Source: Hydrolagus colliei
Taxonomy: Eukaryota
Assembly (NCBI GenBank): GCA_035084275.1
Contig: CM068757.1
Coordinates: 4,464,001 to 4,528,000, forward strand
DNA length: 64,000 nucleotides
Direction of reading: 5' to 3'
Shown here: positions 61,702-64,000 of the stretch, piece by piece
Numbering within the stretch: the stretch's first letter is position 1
Layout of the letters: each line of letters begins with the position of its first letter
Made by a program: the position numbers and the translations under genes
Notes under the pieces: model-generated
The model's input: the letters and a program-made list of their open reading frames with translations, nothing else
Told to the model about the DNA's origin: nothing
The model's database searches: none

Positions 61702-63099
61702 AATAATTAAAGGCATTCAAGCATCATTTACAATTCCAACTGAAATTCTTTGACAGATATTCTCTGCAGGCATCTTAAATTGAAGTTATTCTGGATTGTT
61801 AACCAGAATAGCGGAGTGCAGGAAGAGCGTTCAACATCAAACAAAGAAAAAGATTGGAAATATTTGCTGAAAATGTGTTATATTTGCTGTTCTTTATTAA
61901 CATTCAGTTCAGCGTTTTGTGACGTCCTCCTGATGTGAAAGCTGCTATACAAGTGTCATTTTGTTGTTCTATTTCAAAAGACCGTATGACAATTTACAGA
62001 TGTCTAATGGTAGGCACCGATATTAAAGAGTGATCAAAATAGCACATGAATGTTGTTCTCGCTCTCAACCATGTAAATCTTTGTGTAAGAAATTGTGCTG
62101 CGAATGAATGCAGTATATTTCGATGTATGTCTCACAAACGCTGCACCGTCACTGTGCTGATAGATTAGCTCATTAGATGTTACTCCTCCCAGAAGCAAAC
62201 AAATGGTCCGACAACCATGGGAGGAAGGTGCCTTTACATTTCTGATTGGTTTCAGGGATTGACTTTCTAGCCCCGAAACATTTGGTCACCCAATCCCACA
62301 ACTGTTTGTGAGACACTGCTGTGTGCAATTGGCTGCCACATTCTGCTCACAAATATACAGTCAATTCGCTTTACATTATATACTGTGAATGTGAAGCACT
62401 CATTGATGTGATAAAGCGCTCTTCTAAATGCAAGGATTATTACGATTATTATTTATATTTGACAACAACTACATAGTCACTACAATCCATAGTGAATTCT
62501 GTATGGGACTTTGAGGCATCCTCCCAATGTGAAAGATGATATTTCAAATGTAAGAATTATTATTATTATGGGGCCTGCTTCTTGGTGCCTGGAATACACT
62601 GTGAAAGGCAAGTGTGTGAATCGGTTTAAAGGATTAGCAGATTTCTGTTCACTTTACCACAGATGGCAAATACCAGTCAAAACAACAACATTACACTTGT
62701 ACAGCGCCTAAAAATAAAATATTGGGAGTGACTCTAGTGAAATAAACAACGCACTTCCCACAGTCGCCAATTTCATTATTGACTGCCCCACATTAGGGGC
62801 AGTCAATAATGAAACATGCATTACAGTTTATGCTGTTTATTTGTCAAATCTGCAGCTCACATCATTAAAATGGCCCCAAAATGAAACCAGTTTATTGATT
62901 TGAATACAATCATTTGGGGCTGGATTATGAACAAGTTAAACATCAGTGAGACTATTTTGTGCAAATGTGGGGAATAAAAAAAACAACTTAATTTCTCCAC
63001 AACTATTTCTCTGGTATTACAATTCTGCAATTTAGGCCTCTATAGATTCGGTACTTATGGAGAGACTGCATTTTAACCTCTGTTTGTGTCTGCCGTCAG

Positions 63100-63256
63100 A
63101 ATCACTCAGATGCTCAGTAAACCGGCCTCCAACAGTTCATCTCCACAGAAGGAACAAGGCAGAAAAGTCACTTATCGGAAACCGCTCGCTTATCGTAAAA
63201 AAATGGATGTTGAGAGTGACGGCTCGACCGAAGAGACTGACTCTTCTGATAATTAA
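63100..63256 (+). CDS. CSTPP1: CSTPP1 terminal coding exon, ITQMLSKPASNSSSPQKEQGRKVTYRKPLAYRKKMDVESDGSTEETDSSDN*
   Basis: Acceptor tgtttgtgtctgccgtcag; phase 2 in; TAA at 63254-63256. C-terminus matches recalled human ...RKVDGESDGSTEETDESET. Confidence 0.94.
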
Positions 63257-63623
63257 ATCCCAGTTATTTTATTTATTTACTATTTATTGATGACTTCTTT
63301 CTTTAGAAAAGGGTTATGTCTCATTCTAAAGCATTTCTCATCTTTTGCTTGCTAATTAACATTATAGACGAGTTGATGAATATTTTGGGGGGAGGGCGGG
63401 GAGTTATTACCATACTTAGTTCTTCGCACAAGGTTTGAATTCAATCCAAAAACAGAAATTAAAGTTTCTCTCGCTCGCGTCAGGTCAAATGAATTGGGAA
63501 ATCTCAACCATACAGCACATCAGGAAAGTGCCCACATTTCAGCACAAATCATCACTAAAATTTTTCTGGGTTGACAAGTTGCAGCTTTGCCTTGCATCCA
63601 TTCTACCCTGTTGTTTGCTTTAA

Positions 63624-63629
63624 AATAAA
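63624..63629 (+). promoter_or_regulatory. Candidate polyadenylation signal of CSTPP1
   Basis: AATAAA about 370 nt after the stop codon. The hexamer is common in AT-rich DNA, so this is only a candidate. Confidence 0.45.
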
Positions 63630-64000
63630 AAGCACCGATGACAACATCAACAACAAAATTACACTTGTATGGCGCCTTTCACGTCAGGAGGACGTCCCAA
63701 GGTGCTGGACAGTCACTGCTTCAGTGCATTCCCCAAAGACAATTTGAGGGCAGAGGCAGGTCTGTTGCCCTATTTCGATAAGAGTTTCAAAAAGTGTAAA
63801 TGGGAAAGCAAAGAAAATGTCACTGGAATTGGAGGAATTGCTATCCTTTATCCTCAGAGAATAATCTGGGCTGAAAGCAAGTCCGGGGAAAGAGGGAGGA
63901 TGCAGAACTAAAGTTAATGGCTACATTGAAATGAATGCTCAGTCTAAAAGATGTGCACAAATGTCTGCTCTCAACTCAGTTGAAACAGATACCTTTAACA

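Noticed and set aside
425-62570. Recurring gtgaagcgctttgagac...aatgcaaggattatt motif as a CRISPR-like array
   Set aside because: Copies are dispersed in both orientations at irregular kilobase spacing in eukaryotic DNA; they are SINE/L2 tails.
63057-63290. Track ORF of 77 aa over the last exon
   Set aside because: Wrong frame; the spliced CSTPP1 frame ending ESDGSTEETDSSDN* explains the region.

Overview
AT-rich, repeat-rich vertebrate genomic DNA, not prokaryotic. The repeat content suggests a cartilaginous fish, probably a chimaera/elephant-shark-type genome (inference). Most of the window is one + strand spliced gene, CSTPP1 (C11orf49, UPF0705; centriolar satellite-associated tubulin polyglutamylase complex regulator 1). 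I read eight coding exons by hand between 14514 and the stop at 63256. All have GT-AG boundaries with matching phases and give about 308 aa. The canonical first exon was not found. Three extra exon-like segments upstream (207-277, 3497-3555, 11356-) can be spliced in two different open ways. The introns carry a tRNA-Ala-derived SINE with an L2-type tail, L2 and CR1 LINE fragments, old LF-SINE-like copies, two Penelope-like fragments with decayed minimal hammerhead-ribozyme motifs, a ~735-bp foldback element, several perfect 17-19 bp hairpins and blocks that look like conserved non-coding elements. Almost all ORFs in the supplied track are spurious. Family names come from recalled consensus sequences; no database search was run.
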